From: a virus
Taxonomy: Duplodnaviria > Heunggongvirae > Uroviricota > Caudoviricetes
DNA length: 64,000 bases
Virus record (IMG/VR): IMGVR_UViG_3300042563_002362
Direction: 5' to 3' (one strand)
A model generated the notes under the pieces. The model did no database searches and had not been told where the DNA came from. It saw nothing but the letters and a program-made list of their open reading frames with translations. A program made the position numbers and the translations under genes. This document shows, piece after piece, positions 44,129 to 53,872 of the stretch (the stretch's first letter is position 1; every line of letters begins with the position of its first letter).

Positions 44129-45341
44129 CAAGTCAGGTAAGGTTCATGCACCTGACTTTAAGTACACCGGCGAAGAACCCGATTGGCACAATTGGGAAAA
44201 GTGGACAGTAGAAAAGTTCTACCAAGTTCAAAGCAAAGCTTTACGTTTTTACAATTACTATCTTGATAGCAATGCATTTAAGCCTATCGTTTTGTCATGG
44301 ATGAAGAAGAATGGATATACCAAAGATGAGATGTCTCTAATTAAAGATTCAGCTCCATGGTATCTTCCGACAACAGTAGGTAAGCTTATTCGTATGATGG
44401 ACGTGGGTATGCCAAGTATTCACCCGCAGGCTGAAGAATACTTTGAAGGTCTGTTGAGATATGACGAAGACGTACCGTTAAAGCCAAAGGATTCTATCGA
44501 AGCGGTAGATAGTTATATACGAAAAGCTCTTAAGACGATTAACGCTGACACACAAACTCCAGCGGTCGCACTGATAAAACAGGACGAAAAAAAGAAGATC
44601 ACGCCACTGGATCGCATTCGTGAACGTGTTCAAAAAGATATTTTAATTTATTTAGATGAACTGAATGATAGCTGGACCGATACTTCAAAAGCGGTTGCAT
44701 CTCTTAACTTAGGTAATATGTTAAGAGATCATAAGATCCCTGCGCAAGGTCTAGGCGACATCATCAAATGGATTGAGCGCAACCTCGAAGAATATCGAGG
44801 CGCATACGAAAAGACTGATCCCCAATTGGTTGAAGGATATTCATACATGTCTAAGCCAAACCTACGTAAGATCGTTTCGATATTAGAGACTTTTAAAGCT
44901 GACGTTGAATCGCATGGCAAGATCAAAAATGCAATGCGTAAGCCGCGAACTAAGAAGCCTAAGGCTGCCGATAAGCAAGTGCAACGTCTTAAGTATCAGT
45001 CTAACTCCGCAGAATATGCACTTGAGAGTGTTTCACCGTCGCGTATCCCATACGCCCAACGTCTATACATATTCAATACCAAGACTCGACAAATTGGTGT
45101 TTACTATGCAAGCGGTAACAATGGATTTGAAGTTAAAGGTACATCACTTAAAGGATTTGATGATGCGCTTAGCTTCCATGCCACATTGCGCAAGCCAAAG
45201 GATATTCTTACTGGTGTACTATCGTCGACTCTGAAGAAGCTTGATAAAATCTTTGATGGAGTTAAGATCACTAAGAAGAAAGCTAATGGCCGTCTAAACG
45301 AACACACTATTATTCTCAAAGTACTTGAACATCGACCATGA
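44112..45341 (+). CDS. hypothetical protein (409 aa)
   Basis: Long ORF in the replication-gene neighbourhood. Confidence 0.5.
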   Translation: MANLFNKSGKVHAPDFKYTGEEPDWHNWEKWTVEKFYQVQSKALRFYNYYLDSNAFKPIVLSWMKKNGYTKDEMSLIKDSAPWYLPTTVGKLIRMMDVGMPSIHPQAEEYFEGLLRYDEDVPLKPKDSIEAVDSYIRKALKTINADTQTPAVALIKQDEKKKITPLDRIRERVQKDILIYLDELNDSWTDTSKAVASLNLGNMLRDHKIPAQGLGDIIKWIERNLEEYRGAYEKTDPQLVEGYSYMSKPNLRKIVSILETFKADVESHGKIKNAMRKPRTKKPKAADKQVQRLKYQSNSAEYALESVSPSRIPYAQRLYIFNTKTRQIGVYYASGNNGFEVKGTSLKGFDDALSFHATLRKPKDILTGVLSSTLKKLDKIFDGVKITKKKANGRLNEHTIILKVLEHRP

Positions 45342-45586
45342 CAGATATTACTCCTGAAACAATCATTCCTATCCTAACTAAAGCAGATCTAATTTCTCAG
45401 GCTGAGGCATTAGTTCGTACTGAAAGTATGGGTTATGCTGAAGCAATCATTCACGTGTGTGATATGAAAGGTATTGACCCTGAGGACATCGCTAAGCTTG
45501 TTGGCGGAAGTCTTAAAGAAAAGCTTAAAGCTGAAGCACAACGAAACAACCTATTACCAAAACCAAATAGCCTGTTCGGTCTATGA
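45338..45586 (+). CDS. hypothetical protein
   Basis: 82-aa ORF. Confidence 0.35.
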   Translation: MTDITPETIIPILTKADLISQAEALVRTESMGYAEAIIHVCDMKGIDPEDIAKLVGGSLKEKLKAEAQRNNLLPKPNSLFGL

Positions 45587-46218
45587 TTAGTGTTTCAGAT
45601 GAAACAACTATAACCCCATTTGACGCTTGGAGTATATACACTGCGCTGTCATTGCATTTCCGTAAGGACAGCGGCTATGACGCATTTCGTTTTAACTTTA
45701 AAGGTCCGCGCTGCAAGCGTGAAACATTTATGGCGTATCGGCAGCGCTATGCATTTGAGAAAATAGCACGTGCATATCCGAATAAGAACTCTACAATCGA
45801 ATACTTCCTTGCAAACCTGCTAGACGGGAATACTTGGATTGGTTCAATGAATGACGATTCTTATGCAGGATGGCAAGGCCGCGTTCAACGAATGGACTAT
45901 GACTTCCGTTCTGCAATGTCAGACTTGTCTAACAATGCAAGTTCATTTGACTCTATCATCAAGCCGTCTTCACGTGAAGACATGCCGCCGATTTACCAGG
46001 CATACACTCGAGGAAAACTTCCAATCGAGACGTTAGTAATCCTCGACACATTGGTGAACTACACGTCGAGTATAAATAAGTTTGTGAGCGACCCGCTAGA
46101 GATTGTCTCTGACATTACCTACCGTGTCTCTCGCTACAAGCCCTTCTTAAGATCGAAAATTGATGTTTCGAAGGCAAAACAAAATGTACTAAATTCGTTT
46201 ACATATGTAAACAAATAG
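45583..46218 (+). CDS. gp59-like helicase-loading protein
   Basis: 211 aa, adjacent to the SSB gene as in T4 (59-32). Blocks align to T4 gp59: YAFEKIARAY/YFFQKLSEKY, NTWIGSMNDDSYA/DAWIGDISDADA and LPIETLVILDTLVN/ISFETFILLDSFLN. Confidence 0.45.
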   Translation: MISVSDETTITPFDAWSIYTALSLHFRKDSGYDAFRFNFKGPRCKRETFMAYRQRYAFEKIARAYPNKNSTIEYFLANLLDGNTWIGSMNDDSYAGWQGRVQRMDYDFRSAMSDLSNNASSFDSIIKPSSREDMPPIYQAYTRGKLPIETLVILDTLVNYTSSINKFVSDPLEIVSDITYRVSRYKPFLRSKIDVSKAKQNVLNSFTYVNK

Positions 46219-46269
46219 TATATAATAACCATACAACGCAATACAACAACAACAACAATACAAAAACAT

Positions 46270-47211
46270 ATGTCGTTTGATAAACTGAAACAAAATCGTG
46301 CAGCCGCAATCTCAAAACTCGTGAATGCTGCTGAAAAGACAGGCGGAACTAAAACCTATGGCGATGATCGTCTGTGGGCACCAACCGTCGATAAGACTGG
46401 TAACGGGTATGCTATTATCCGTTTCCTCCCTGCTAAGGAAGGTGAAGATCTTCCATGGGTTCGCTATTGGGATCATGGATTCAAGGGACCAACTGGTCGT
46501 TGGTACATTGAGAACAGCTTGACCAGCATCGGTCAGACTGACCCAGTTTCTGAACTCAACTCTGTTCTTTGGAACAGCGGTAATGAAAAAGACAAGGAAG
46601 TTGCACGCGATCGTAAGCGTCGTCTGCATTACGTTTCTAACATCCTGGTTGTTAGCGATCCTGCTAATCCAGCAAATGAAGGAAAGGTATTTATCTTCAA
46701 ATATGGTAAGAAGATCTTTGACAAGATCAATGATCTGATGCAACCGCAATTCCAGGACGAGACGCCGGTCAATCCGTTCGACTTCTGGGGTGGCGCAAGC
46801 TTCCGCTTGAAGATTCGCAACTTCGAAGGATATCGTAACTATGATAAGAGCGAGTTTGATAAACCAACCGAACTCTTTGGCGGTGACGATGCACGTCTTG
46901 AGGAAATCTATGGCCAGCTCCATAGCCTATCCGACTTCGTCGATCCGAAGAGCTACAAGTCCTACACTGAACTCAAGAAGAAGCTCATCGAGGTTCTTGG
47001 CGAAGAAGCAGTTAATGGATCAGCCTCAACTGCACATACTGCAGTTGCTGAAGTTAATGTTGGTCGTGCCGTTGAAGCACAAGCAGCACCAGCAGCTGGT
47101 AGCTCATATGACGATGTCAATGATGACATTCCATTCACGTCTGACGGCGGTACATCATCCGAAGGAGACGATGATGACATCAGCTACTTTGCTAAGCTTG
47201 CACGTGGTTAA
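46270..47211 (+). CDS. gp32-like single-stranded DNA-binding protein
   Basis: 313 aa. NGYAIIRFLP parallels T4 gp32 NGQAVIRFLP, and the core is Zn/Cys-His containing. The C-terminal tail is acidic: DDDDISYFAKLARG. Confidence 0.65.
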   Translation: MSFDKLKQNRAAAISKLVNAAEKTGGTKTYGDDRLWAPTVDKTGNGYAIIRFLPAKEGEDLPWVRYWDHGFKGPTGRWYIENSLTSIGQTDPVSELNSVLWNSGNEKDKEVARDRKRRLHYVSNILVVSDPANPANEGKVFIFKYGKKIFDKINDLMQPQFQDETPVNPFDFWGGASFRLKIRNFEGYRNYDKSEFDKPTELFGGDDARLEEIYGQLHSLSDFVDPKSYKSYTELKKKLIEVLGEEAVNGSASTAHTAVAEVNVGRAVEAQAAPAAGSSYDDVNDDIPFTSDGGTSSEGDDDDISYFAKLARG

Positions 47212-47223
47212 TACCGCATCTGC

Positions 47224-49374
47224 TTAGTAAGCATATAACCCCATGGCGCTGCCGGTCAGAATTGGACCAGCGGCGCCATTTAAGTTTTGATTGACGTTGC
47301 TGTTCGAGACATTGTGTACGTCTCCTCCACGGCTGACATTGTTGACAACCATCATTCCACCACCTGAATTACCTGGACTATTGATTGCTGATACGGTATC
47401 AGCTGGAGATGGAGTTACTGTGCTGAGCCCGTTAGATGCGGCCGCAGCAGGCGAATTGGATGCAATGATTTGAATCGGAGTTTTGAAGTCCTTAAGTTCC
47501 TCAATCTTATCCCAAGGGAAGCTACCAAATGAAGCCCAATCAGTATTCAAATCAGATATGTACTTCATTCCTTCGCCCATAGCCTTGATAGACTGACCAA
47601 TACCAATTAGATTATATCCTTCCTTTGACAGCTTCATCAGCTTTTCAAGCGGACTATCTGCTCCAAATGATAGAAGCTTGCCGATAAAATTACCTAAGCC
47701 AGCTGCTGCTTCACCAACACCAAACCCAGCAATTGCTGCTCCTATTGCAGCAATACCTCCGGCGATACCAAATAACATTCCCCCGTCAAGCTTAGAAATT
47801 CTTTCACTAAATGAATCGAAGAATTCTCCAATTTTGTTATCATCTCCTATTGCTAATTTCAATAGAGTCAATCCAGCTGATAGAGGTAGCATCGCTGCGC
47901 CTGCCAGAGTCATTCCAGGAGCTGCCAGTAATAGGAGCAGCGATGCTTTAGCCAAAGATGCTGCTACACCGGTTAGACCTTCAAATGCTTTCATGTCAAC
48001 CTTACTTAGAACATTTAGTCCATAAGCCAAAGGTATCAATGCAGCACCAAGTGCAGCAATTGCAAGTACTCCTGCTGCAAACAATGCGGCTTGTGGTCCC
48101 ATTAACAATGCGCCTAATCCAGCAGCGGCTAACGTTAGGCCAACTAATGCAACAGCAGCTATACCTAAAGATTTCCATGAGACATCTTTTAGAAGGTTAA
48201 GACCAAATGCTAATGGAATTAGCGAAGCTCCAAGTAATCCTATAGCCAATGCTCCTTTTGCGATCGTTGCCATTGACTTCCCTAAGAAAGTGCCAAGCAA
48301 TGCTAGTCCGCCAAGTGCAACTGTCGCCTTACCTAAATCTTCCCACTTAACAGATTCAAATGTACGAAGCGCAATTGCAGTTACTGCCAAAGCTGCACCC
48401 ATTGCAGCAATTCCTAATGCACTCTTTAGCAATGACCCCTGTATTTTTGATAAACCGTATGTTGCTGCAACAATTCCACCAATCACAAGACCGGCCTTAC
48501 CTAAATCTTCCCACTTAACTTCTGAGAATGTCTTAAGAGATTTTCCAAGAACAAACAGTCCACCGGCAAATAGGATAAAGCCTCCTCCTACTTTTAGAAT
48601 AGTGTTACCAAGTTTTGTTAGAGATGATACATCAGCCTTACCAAGTTTAGTAACACCCTTTGAGATATTATCGGCGGATTTTACAAAATTACCAACTGTT
48701 GTATTATTGATTGCATCGATGAAATCCGTTAGTGGCTTTCTTATGAAGATTAAAGCCAATCCAAATTTCAGCATTGGACCCGCCTCTACCTTATTGAAAT
48801 CAGAAAATGCTTCAGCTAATGCAGACAGCTTTTTAACACTGGCATCACTCAATTTACTTAGAGTTTCAACAAAACTTTTTATGCTTCCCCCTAGTAGACG
48901 TGATGCTACTCCAGCTTTAATTACTCCGCTAACTCTGATCTTTGCAAATTCAGATATTGCCTTTGATGCTTCTGAGAATGTCTTTAGTTTTTCGAGTGAT
49001 ACATCATTGATATCTGACAATTCCGTAATCAAATTGCGCATGCCCTTTGCATATGCCTTAACTACTTTTGGGAAAACGCCAAAAGTAATTGACTTAACAA
49101 TATCACTAGCTGAAGGTATGATTGACTGACTGCTATTGCCACCACCAGGCGCCCCTCCTTTGTTTTTTGCCAGAGTGTCAATTCCTTTGACCATGATACC
49201 CATTAGTTTGGATATTTCCTCAAGGAAAAGCTCAGACATAATCGATGAGTCCCTTAAAGGAGTCAGCGTATTGCCTACTTCATATGTGACTAGCTCGACA
49301 GCTGCAGCAATGTCAGTTTGATTACTGAACATTTGCTGCAGGATGTTGGTCATTTCCTGGGATGTTTCTGGCAT
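47224..49374 (-). CDS. tail tape-measure-like protein
   Basis: 716 aa. It has repeated Gly/Ala-rich hydrophobic 40-aa units (FxxVKWEDLGKA...GLxxLAxxLIPLAYGLN). It lies just downstream of the tube-gene module. Confidence 0.45.
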   Translation of the reverse strand: MPETSQEMTNILQQMFSNQTDIAAAVELVTYEVGNTLTPLRDSSIMSELFLEEISKLMGIMVKGIDTLAKNKGGAPGGGNSSQSIIPSASDIVKSITFGVFPKVVKAYAKGMRNLITELSDINDVSLEKLKTFSEASKAISEFAKIRVSGVIKAGVASRLLGGSIKSFVETLSKLSDASVKKLSALAEAFSDFNKVEAGPMLKFGLALIFIRKPLTDFIDAINNTTVGNFVKSADNISKGVTKLGKADVSSLTKLGNTILKVGGGFILFAGGLFVLGKSLKTFSEVKWEDLGKAGLVIGGIVAATYGLSKIQGSLLKSALGIAAMGAALAVTAIALRTFESVKWEDLGKATVALGGLALLGTFLGKSMATIAKGALAIGLLGASLIPLAFGLNLLKDVSWKSLGIAAVALVGLTLAAAGLGALLMGPQAALFAAGVLAIAALGAALIPLAYGLNVLSKVDMKAFEGLTGVAASLAKASLLLLLAAPGMTLAGAAMLPLSAGLTLLKLAIGDDNKIGEFFDSFSERISKLDGGMLFGIAGGIAAIGAAIAGFGVGEAAAGLGNFIGKLLSFGADSPLEKLMKLSKEGYNLIGIGQSIKAMGEGMKYISDLNTDWASFGSFPWDKIEELKDFKTPIQIIASNSPAAAASNGLSTVTPSPADTVSAINSPGNSGGGMMVVNNVSRGGDVHNVSNSNVNQNLNGAAGPILTGSAMGLYAY

Positions 49375-49562
49375 ATATTAAAGGTGGTTTTGTTTGTTAT
49401 TTCGTTCTTGGTTTTCTTTCTTAATTTGGTCAGCTAATAACGAAATGTAAATTTCTCTCTCCCATGGTAGCATATCTTCAATTTCTGATATGCTATACTT
49501 ATGATGATACATAAGTGCAAAGTTAGTCTTGTACAGATTAACCAATGACTCATGGGAGAGAC

Positions 49563-50270
49563 TTATGAGAAAAAAGATCTTATGCCGCTAAGAGACTGTT
49601 CATTTTCACATGAACATTTGCTGCATTTGAATTTGATTGTATGTTCAACCTTTGGAAGGTTAGTGATGAATGCCTCAATCTTTTGCATCTGTAAACGCGC
49701 TAGAGAATTAACAAAGGTCTCCATATCAGATCGACTGTAACTTGTTTTTGGATAAACTTTGTTTTCATCATAGATGCTATCAATACATGCAATAACAGAT
49801 TCAGTCATTTGATCAGCAGTTGACATGTCCTTCTTAGATGCAATTTTACTCATGTCCTTGACACTCATCGGTTTCATGTTTACTCCAACAGTATCGGTAA
49901 GTTGAACGCGACCATCTGGAGCTGAACCCATAACTTTGATTTCATCAAGATTAATGTCAATCTCGTTTTGAGAATCACATTCTGTACATTTAAGTCCAAC
50001 CGTTGAAATTTCACCAACACTCTTTGAGCGTAACTTAATGAAAAGGTATTCAAGATCATACGATGTAAGATTATCAACATCGACTTTATTGTATGTACAC
50101 GCACGAATGACATCTTTAATGGCATTCATAATTTGCCCTTGGTCTTGACTTTCTTGAGCAATAAGCAATACCTTTTCTTCTTTAACTAAGAATGGGCGAT
50201 ATTCGGCGGCTGTACCAGTTGAAGGAATTTCAATGGTGTACTTAGGAGATGCAATAATTGGTAAACTCAT
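49563..50270 (-). CDS. tail/baseplate module protein with two CxxC zinc-ribbon pairs
   Basis: 235 aa with LKCTECDSQ and FKCSKCSC. Confidence 0.4.
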   Translation of the reverse strand: MSLPIIASPKYTIEIPSTGTAAEYRPFLVKEEKVLLIAQESQDQGQIMNAIKDVIRACTYNKVDVDNLTSYDLEYLFIKLRSKSVGEISTVGLKCTECDSQNEIDINLDEIKVMGSAPDGRVQLTDTVGVNMKPMSVKDMSKIASKKDMSTADQMTESVIACIDSIYDENKVYPKTSYSRSDMETFVNSLARLQMQKIEAFITNLPKVEHTIKFKCSKCSCENEQSLSGIRSFFS

Positions 50271-50285
50271 AAATCTATATATTCA

Positions 50286-50837
50286 TTAATTTGGAATTGG
50301 CTCAACTTGAAAGCGATTAAAGGTTAGAGTGCAACTGAAACGAGATATTGCTGATTCGGCACTGTTGTCTAAGAACAATCCTTTGGACGCAAGTGGATAT
50401 GCTCCCAGCAGTTTTACTCCATACTTAATGTTGTCATTTTCATCAAGCTGCCAAATGATGATGTCTCTTTTATATGCTTCATCATATTCAGCTAGGTAAC
50501 TGCTTTGGTTGATAATGATTGCAGACCATGCATCAATGATCTTCTTTGGCATGAAATCGTTTGTTAAGTTAAACACGATTTCGATATCATCTTCATCATA
50601 ACCAATTGGAACCTTAATTGAATGATTCCAAATTGCATACTCAAACGTATTGATGGCTCGGCCTGGAATACTGATGTTATCAACTAAGAAGTTTAAATCT
50701 TTAATTGTGCTTACGTCTAAACCTGGTATGGTCACAGGACCTGCTAGTAGTCCAGTGAAGTCGACTTTGAATCGGTTAGGCCGTGCTAATCCGCCGCGTT
50801 TACTAATTACTCCTTTTATGTCGTTGATTGTTGCCAT
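50286..50837 (-). CDS. tail tube family protein (gp19/gp48/gp54-like)
   Basis: The N-terminal RGGLARPNRFKVDF matches T4 gp19 GDFARPNLFQVEI. Confidence 0.5.
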   Translation of the reverse strand: MATINDIKGVISKRGGLARPNRFKVDFTGLLAGPVTIPGLDVSTIKDLNFLVDNISIPGRAINTFEYAIWNHSIKVPIGYDEDDIEIVFNLTNDFMPKKIIDAWSAIIINQSSYLAEYDEAYKRDIIIWQLDENDNIKYGVKLLGAYPLASKGLFLDNSAESAISRFSCTLTFNRFQVEPIPN

Positions 50838-50838
50838 A

Positions 50839-51426
50839 TTATAATGCTAAATTTTTAGAAGTATTCCAAACGCTGCGATTCTTTGCACCAACAAAATCTT
50901 CAGTTGGCATGAATAATGCAATCTCCCATTCGGATGGAGGAATCTCTACAGTATGACTTACCACATGTGAGTAGAGGTAGTGTTTAAAGCAAGGAGCAAA
51001 AGCTCGTAGCTTACTCACGCGTGATAGCGTACTATATGCTAAACGAAATCGAGTCGACTCGTCCATCTTGTCATTGTTGAGAAACGACTGCAGTTCATCA
51101 AAGAAAACTGCGCGTGCACGTGGCGAAAGGTAATGTAGGTTAAGTCCATAGAACCCATTTTCAGCTGGACCCACCATAAGGATTAAAGGAAAGCGGTCAT
51201 AGTATGGTAATGTATCCTTTCCTTTTGGATCATACAGGAACATAAACATGCGACCAATTAAAGGCTTCTTGCGACGTGTCAATCTATCATCTGTCAATAC
51301 TCGTTGTGAGCCGACATTTGACATCTTACGTAGTCTCTGAGTAAACCACTTACGAGACTTTTCAGTGTATGGTACTATTCCAGCGCGCTCAGCACGATCT
51401 TGGATCTTAGCAAATATAGAAGCCAT
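50839..51426 (-). CDS. structural-module hypothetical protein
   Basis: 195 aa. TATAAATA lies 6 nt upstream of its ATG. Confidence 0.4.
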   Translation of the reverse strand: MASIFAKIQDRAERAGIVPYTEKSRKWFTQRLRKMSNVGSQRVLTDDRLTRRKKPLIGRMFMFLYDPKGKDTLPYYDRFPLILMVGPAENGFYGLNLHYLSPRARAVFFDELQSFLNNDKMDESTRFRLAYSTLSRVSKLRAFAPCFKHYLYSHVVSHTVEIPPSEWEIALFMPTEDFVGAKNRSVWNTSKNLAL

Positions 51427-51432
51427 ATCTGC

Positions 51433-51440
51433 TATTTATA
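51433..51440 (-). promoter_or_regulatory. T4-late-type TATAAATA motif
   Basis: It reads TATAAATA on the minus strand, 6 nt upstream of the ATG at 51426. Confidence 0.35.
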
Positions 51441-51444
51441 TGTG

Positions 51445-51888
51445 TCATGTCAACAGCTTAATTCCAAGCGACTTGATAGTCTTTTCGGTCCACACCTCGA
51501 AGATGCAGTTACGATCCTTTGCATATTCAGTTGCAGCTTCCCACTTTGAGATATTCTTGACGTATGTCATAACCTCCTTTATGTAAGCTGGTGTTTTGCG
51601 ACTACGTGGGCGAGGTTCTTTTGTTTCCTTTTCAGGTTTGATCTCAATGAAGTAGGTCTGCCCTGTCTTGAATGTAACCTTTAGATCAACAAAGTAACGA
51701 TGGATTTTGTTATCTGTCTTGCAACGATAAGGTATGATTGTTTCTTCGCTGTTCCACTTTTTGACGTTATCATTCTCGTCTAGCCAACGGAACACTTGTC
51801 GTTCCCAAAGCGAGCGATAGGTAACCTTTGTATGATCGCCATCATACTTACCTGGGTTCTTGACTCGATATGTTCCGCGGTACGCCAT
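51445..51888 (-). CDS. hypothetical protein with possible PD-(D/E)xK nuclease motif
   Basis: 147 aa. YFVDLKV...FIEIKP reads as D-x(n)-E-x-K. The call is tentative. Confidence 0.3.
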   Translation of the reverse strand: MAYRGTYRVKNPGKYDGDHTKVTYRSLWERQVFRWLDENDNVKKWNSEETIIPYRCKTDNKIHRYFVDLKVTFKTGQTYFIEIKPEKETKEPRPRSRKTPAYIKEVMTYVKNISKWEAATEYAKDRNCIFEVWTEKTIKSLGIKLLT

Positions 51889-51915
51889 ATAAATAGATTC
51901 ATAGTATTTATATGG
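51885..51915. promoter_or_regulatory. perfect 11-bp inverted repeat CCATATAAATA-N9-TATTTATATGG containing two divergent T4-late-type TATAAATA motifs and both divergent start codons
   Basis: TATAAATA is on the plus strand at 51888-51895 and on the minus strand at 51905-51912. The CAT of the minus gene is at 51886-51888 and the ATG of the plus gene at 51912. Confidence 0.4.
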
Positions 51916-52892
51916 AACTTATCTATTCACCAGTAATTCCGTCGGCTGTGCCAATGAAAGAGTGGGGTGTTCCTGGCAACACGTTATTCTATCCGATTGA
52001 CATGGGGTCTGATCCTTCGAAGACTCCAGACGCAATAAGCGTCAACCGACCAATCATTATGTTCACGTGCGCATCTCGAGTTGCAAATGGGGACTCACAA
52101 TACATTGGTTTTCCAATTCCTCAGGGTATTGAGTTTTCGGATGGTGCAAGTTATGATGATGCTGCACTTGGATATGCTGGCGCAGCGACCGCAGCTGTTG
52201 TAAAAACTGGCATGGAAGCGAGTGATATTGCGTCTAAAGCAGCTGGAATTATTGGAGATATTGGAGATGGCGGAATTGATTCCCTAAAAAACAAATTTGG
52301 AAGTGCTGCAATTGCCGCAATTTCTAACTCTAAGCTTGGAGATAATATCAAATCTGGTGTTGGCATTGCAATGAAGATGACGACAAACAAACACATTGTG
52401 ACTGAATTTACTGGAGTTTCTACTCGTTCATTTGGTTTCAAATTTAAGCTTGTTGGTTCATCGAAGAAAGAATCTGAAATCATTCGCAACATCGGTACTG
52501 CGTTTCGTAATGGGCTATATCCAGAGGCAGACCGCCTAGCGCTGAAATATCCGCCTACATGGACAATTCGCTTTATGATGGGTAATAATGATATTAGTTA
52601 CCTTCCTAAGATTTGGGAATGCTACTTGACTGCTCTCAGTGTATCATACAACGGATCGGCTAATCTTTGGCATACTGACGGTGCTCCAATTGAATGTGAA
52701 ATTAGCGTATCGTTTAAAGAAACCCGAGCATTGCGTCATCAAGATATTCGCAACCTTGATACAAACGCATTTATCAATATTCCTCCAGGAAATCGAGATG
52801 GGTATAAAGTGTTGGGTGAAACTGAACCGTTGTTTGCAAATAGTGGAACAACCAATCTTTCAACAAAAACACCAGAAGAACAAACTAAATGA
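51912..52892 (+). CDS. tail/baseplate structural protein
   Basis: 326 aa, Gly/Ala-rich middle region. It is the first gene of the plus-strand structural operon. Confidence 0.4.
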   Translation: MELIYSPVIPSAVPMKEWGVPGNTLFYPIDMGSDPSKTPDAISVNRPIIMFTCASRVANGDSQYIGFPIPQGIEFSDGASYDDAALGYAGAATAAVVKTGMEASDIASKAAGIIGDIGDGGIDSLKNKFGSAAIAAISNSKLGDNIKSGVGIAMKMTTNKHIVTEFTGVSTRSFGFKFKLVGSSKKESEIIRNIGTAFRNGLYPEADRLALKYPPTWTIRFMMGNNDISYLPKIWECYLTALSVSYNGSANLWHTDGAPIECEISVSFKETRALRHQDIRNLDTNAFINIPPGNRDGYKVLGETEPLFANSGTTNLSTKTPEEQTK

Positions 52893-53872
52893 AATACTTC
52901 CGTAGCTTTCCAACAGTCCGATATGATACGTTAGGTGATGGTGTATCTTCACTGATGACTGACTTTACGCCTAACTTTAAAGTTAGAAACGCAAATCTAA
53001 TTAAGAACATATCGTATATGAATTATACGATTGGTGATGGAGAAAGACCTGACATCACGTCGCATATGTTGTATGGAACGACAGCATACCACTGGACATT
53101 TTTTACAATTAATGATCATCTACGAAAAGGCATTTCCGAATGGCCTCTTTCTCAAAATGAACTTGACAATTACATATCATTGAAGTATGGAAAGTATGCA
53201 TGTATAACGTTTGATCCAACCTCACCGTACACAAACCTTTCATATGTCCCATTCACAACTGAGTACATAGATTCTTTATACCTTGCAGCTGAGACTGAAA
53301 ACGGAATTGCATATCGTAAAATCATTAGTTACGATACTCTATCTTGTCAGATGATTGTTGAAAGAGCTAATCCAATTTTTAACTTTTACACTGAAGCAGA
53401 ACGAAATGAATATGATCCAGTTGACATAAGTATATCTGACTTCATAAAGCTTGATTCATATCGTATAGTTTCAATACAGTTTGTTAACCACCCAAATGAT
53501 AGCAAAGATTATGTCGATGGACCAAATGAGGCTTTTGCATTACAAGTTAACTCTGCATACCAATCAACCGATGATGAAGATGCTATGCAGTATTATTACA
53601 ATGTAGCAGTTGACAGTTCTGGCAATGATCTTAATCATGAGCTAATGAAAAACGCAACATACCAGTTTTATACATACATCAATGAAGAACCAACTTCATT
53701 ATCGACATATGATGTTATTGCAGGTGATAACATATACACTAATGTTAATCGCATCACATATGAAGAGATGGAGGAAATTAAGAATACCCAAAAACGAAAT
53801 ATTTCGGTTATTAATCCGGCTAACATTGCGAGATTTACTGAATCATACTTCACTGCGCTAAATAATGGATAA
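52889..53872 (+). CDS. tail/baseplate structural protein
   Basis: 327 aa, overlap-coupled. Confidence 0.4.
   Translation: MKYFRSFPTVRYDTLGDGVSSLMTDFTPNFKVRNANLIKNISYMNYTIGDGERPDITSHMLYGTTAYHWTFFTINDHLRKGISEWPLSQNELDNYISLKYGKYACITFDPTSPYTNLSYVPFTTEYIDSLYLAAETENGIAYRKIISYDTLSCQMIVERANPIFNFYTEAERNEYDPVDISISDFIKLDSYRIVSIQFVNHPNDSKDYVDGPNEAFALQVNSAYQSTDDEDAMQYYYNVAVDSSGNDLNHELMKNATYQFYTYINEEPTSLSTYDVIAGDNIYTNVNRITYEEMEEIKNTQKRNISVINPANIARFTESYFTALNNG

Noticed and set aside
47211-47290. Bidirectional terminator hairpin ATGGCGCTGCCGGTC...GACCAGCGGCGCCAT between convergent SSB and tape-measure genes
   Set aside because: The arms are not exact complements (two swapped positions) and lie inside the tape-measure coding sequence. 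It is a possible but unconvincing terminator.
48290-49129. 279-aa plus-strand ORF inside the tape-measure gene (also 47678..48025+ and 46312..46923- inside the SSB gene, 38078..38569- inside the ligase gene, 11823..12218- inside the RNA ligase gene)
   Set aside because: These are antisense or alternate-frame ORFs within long genes whose own-frame products have recognisable motifs. Their composition-driven openness comes from Ala/Gly-rich codons.
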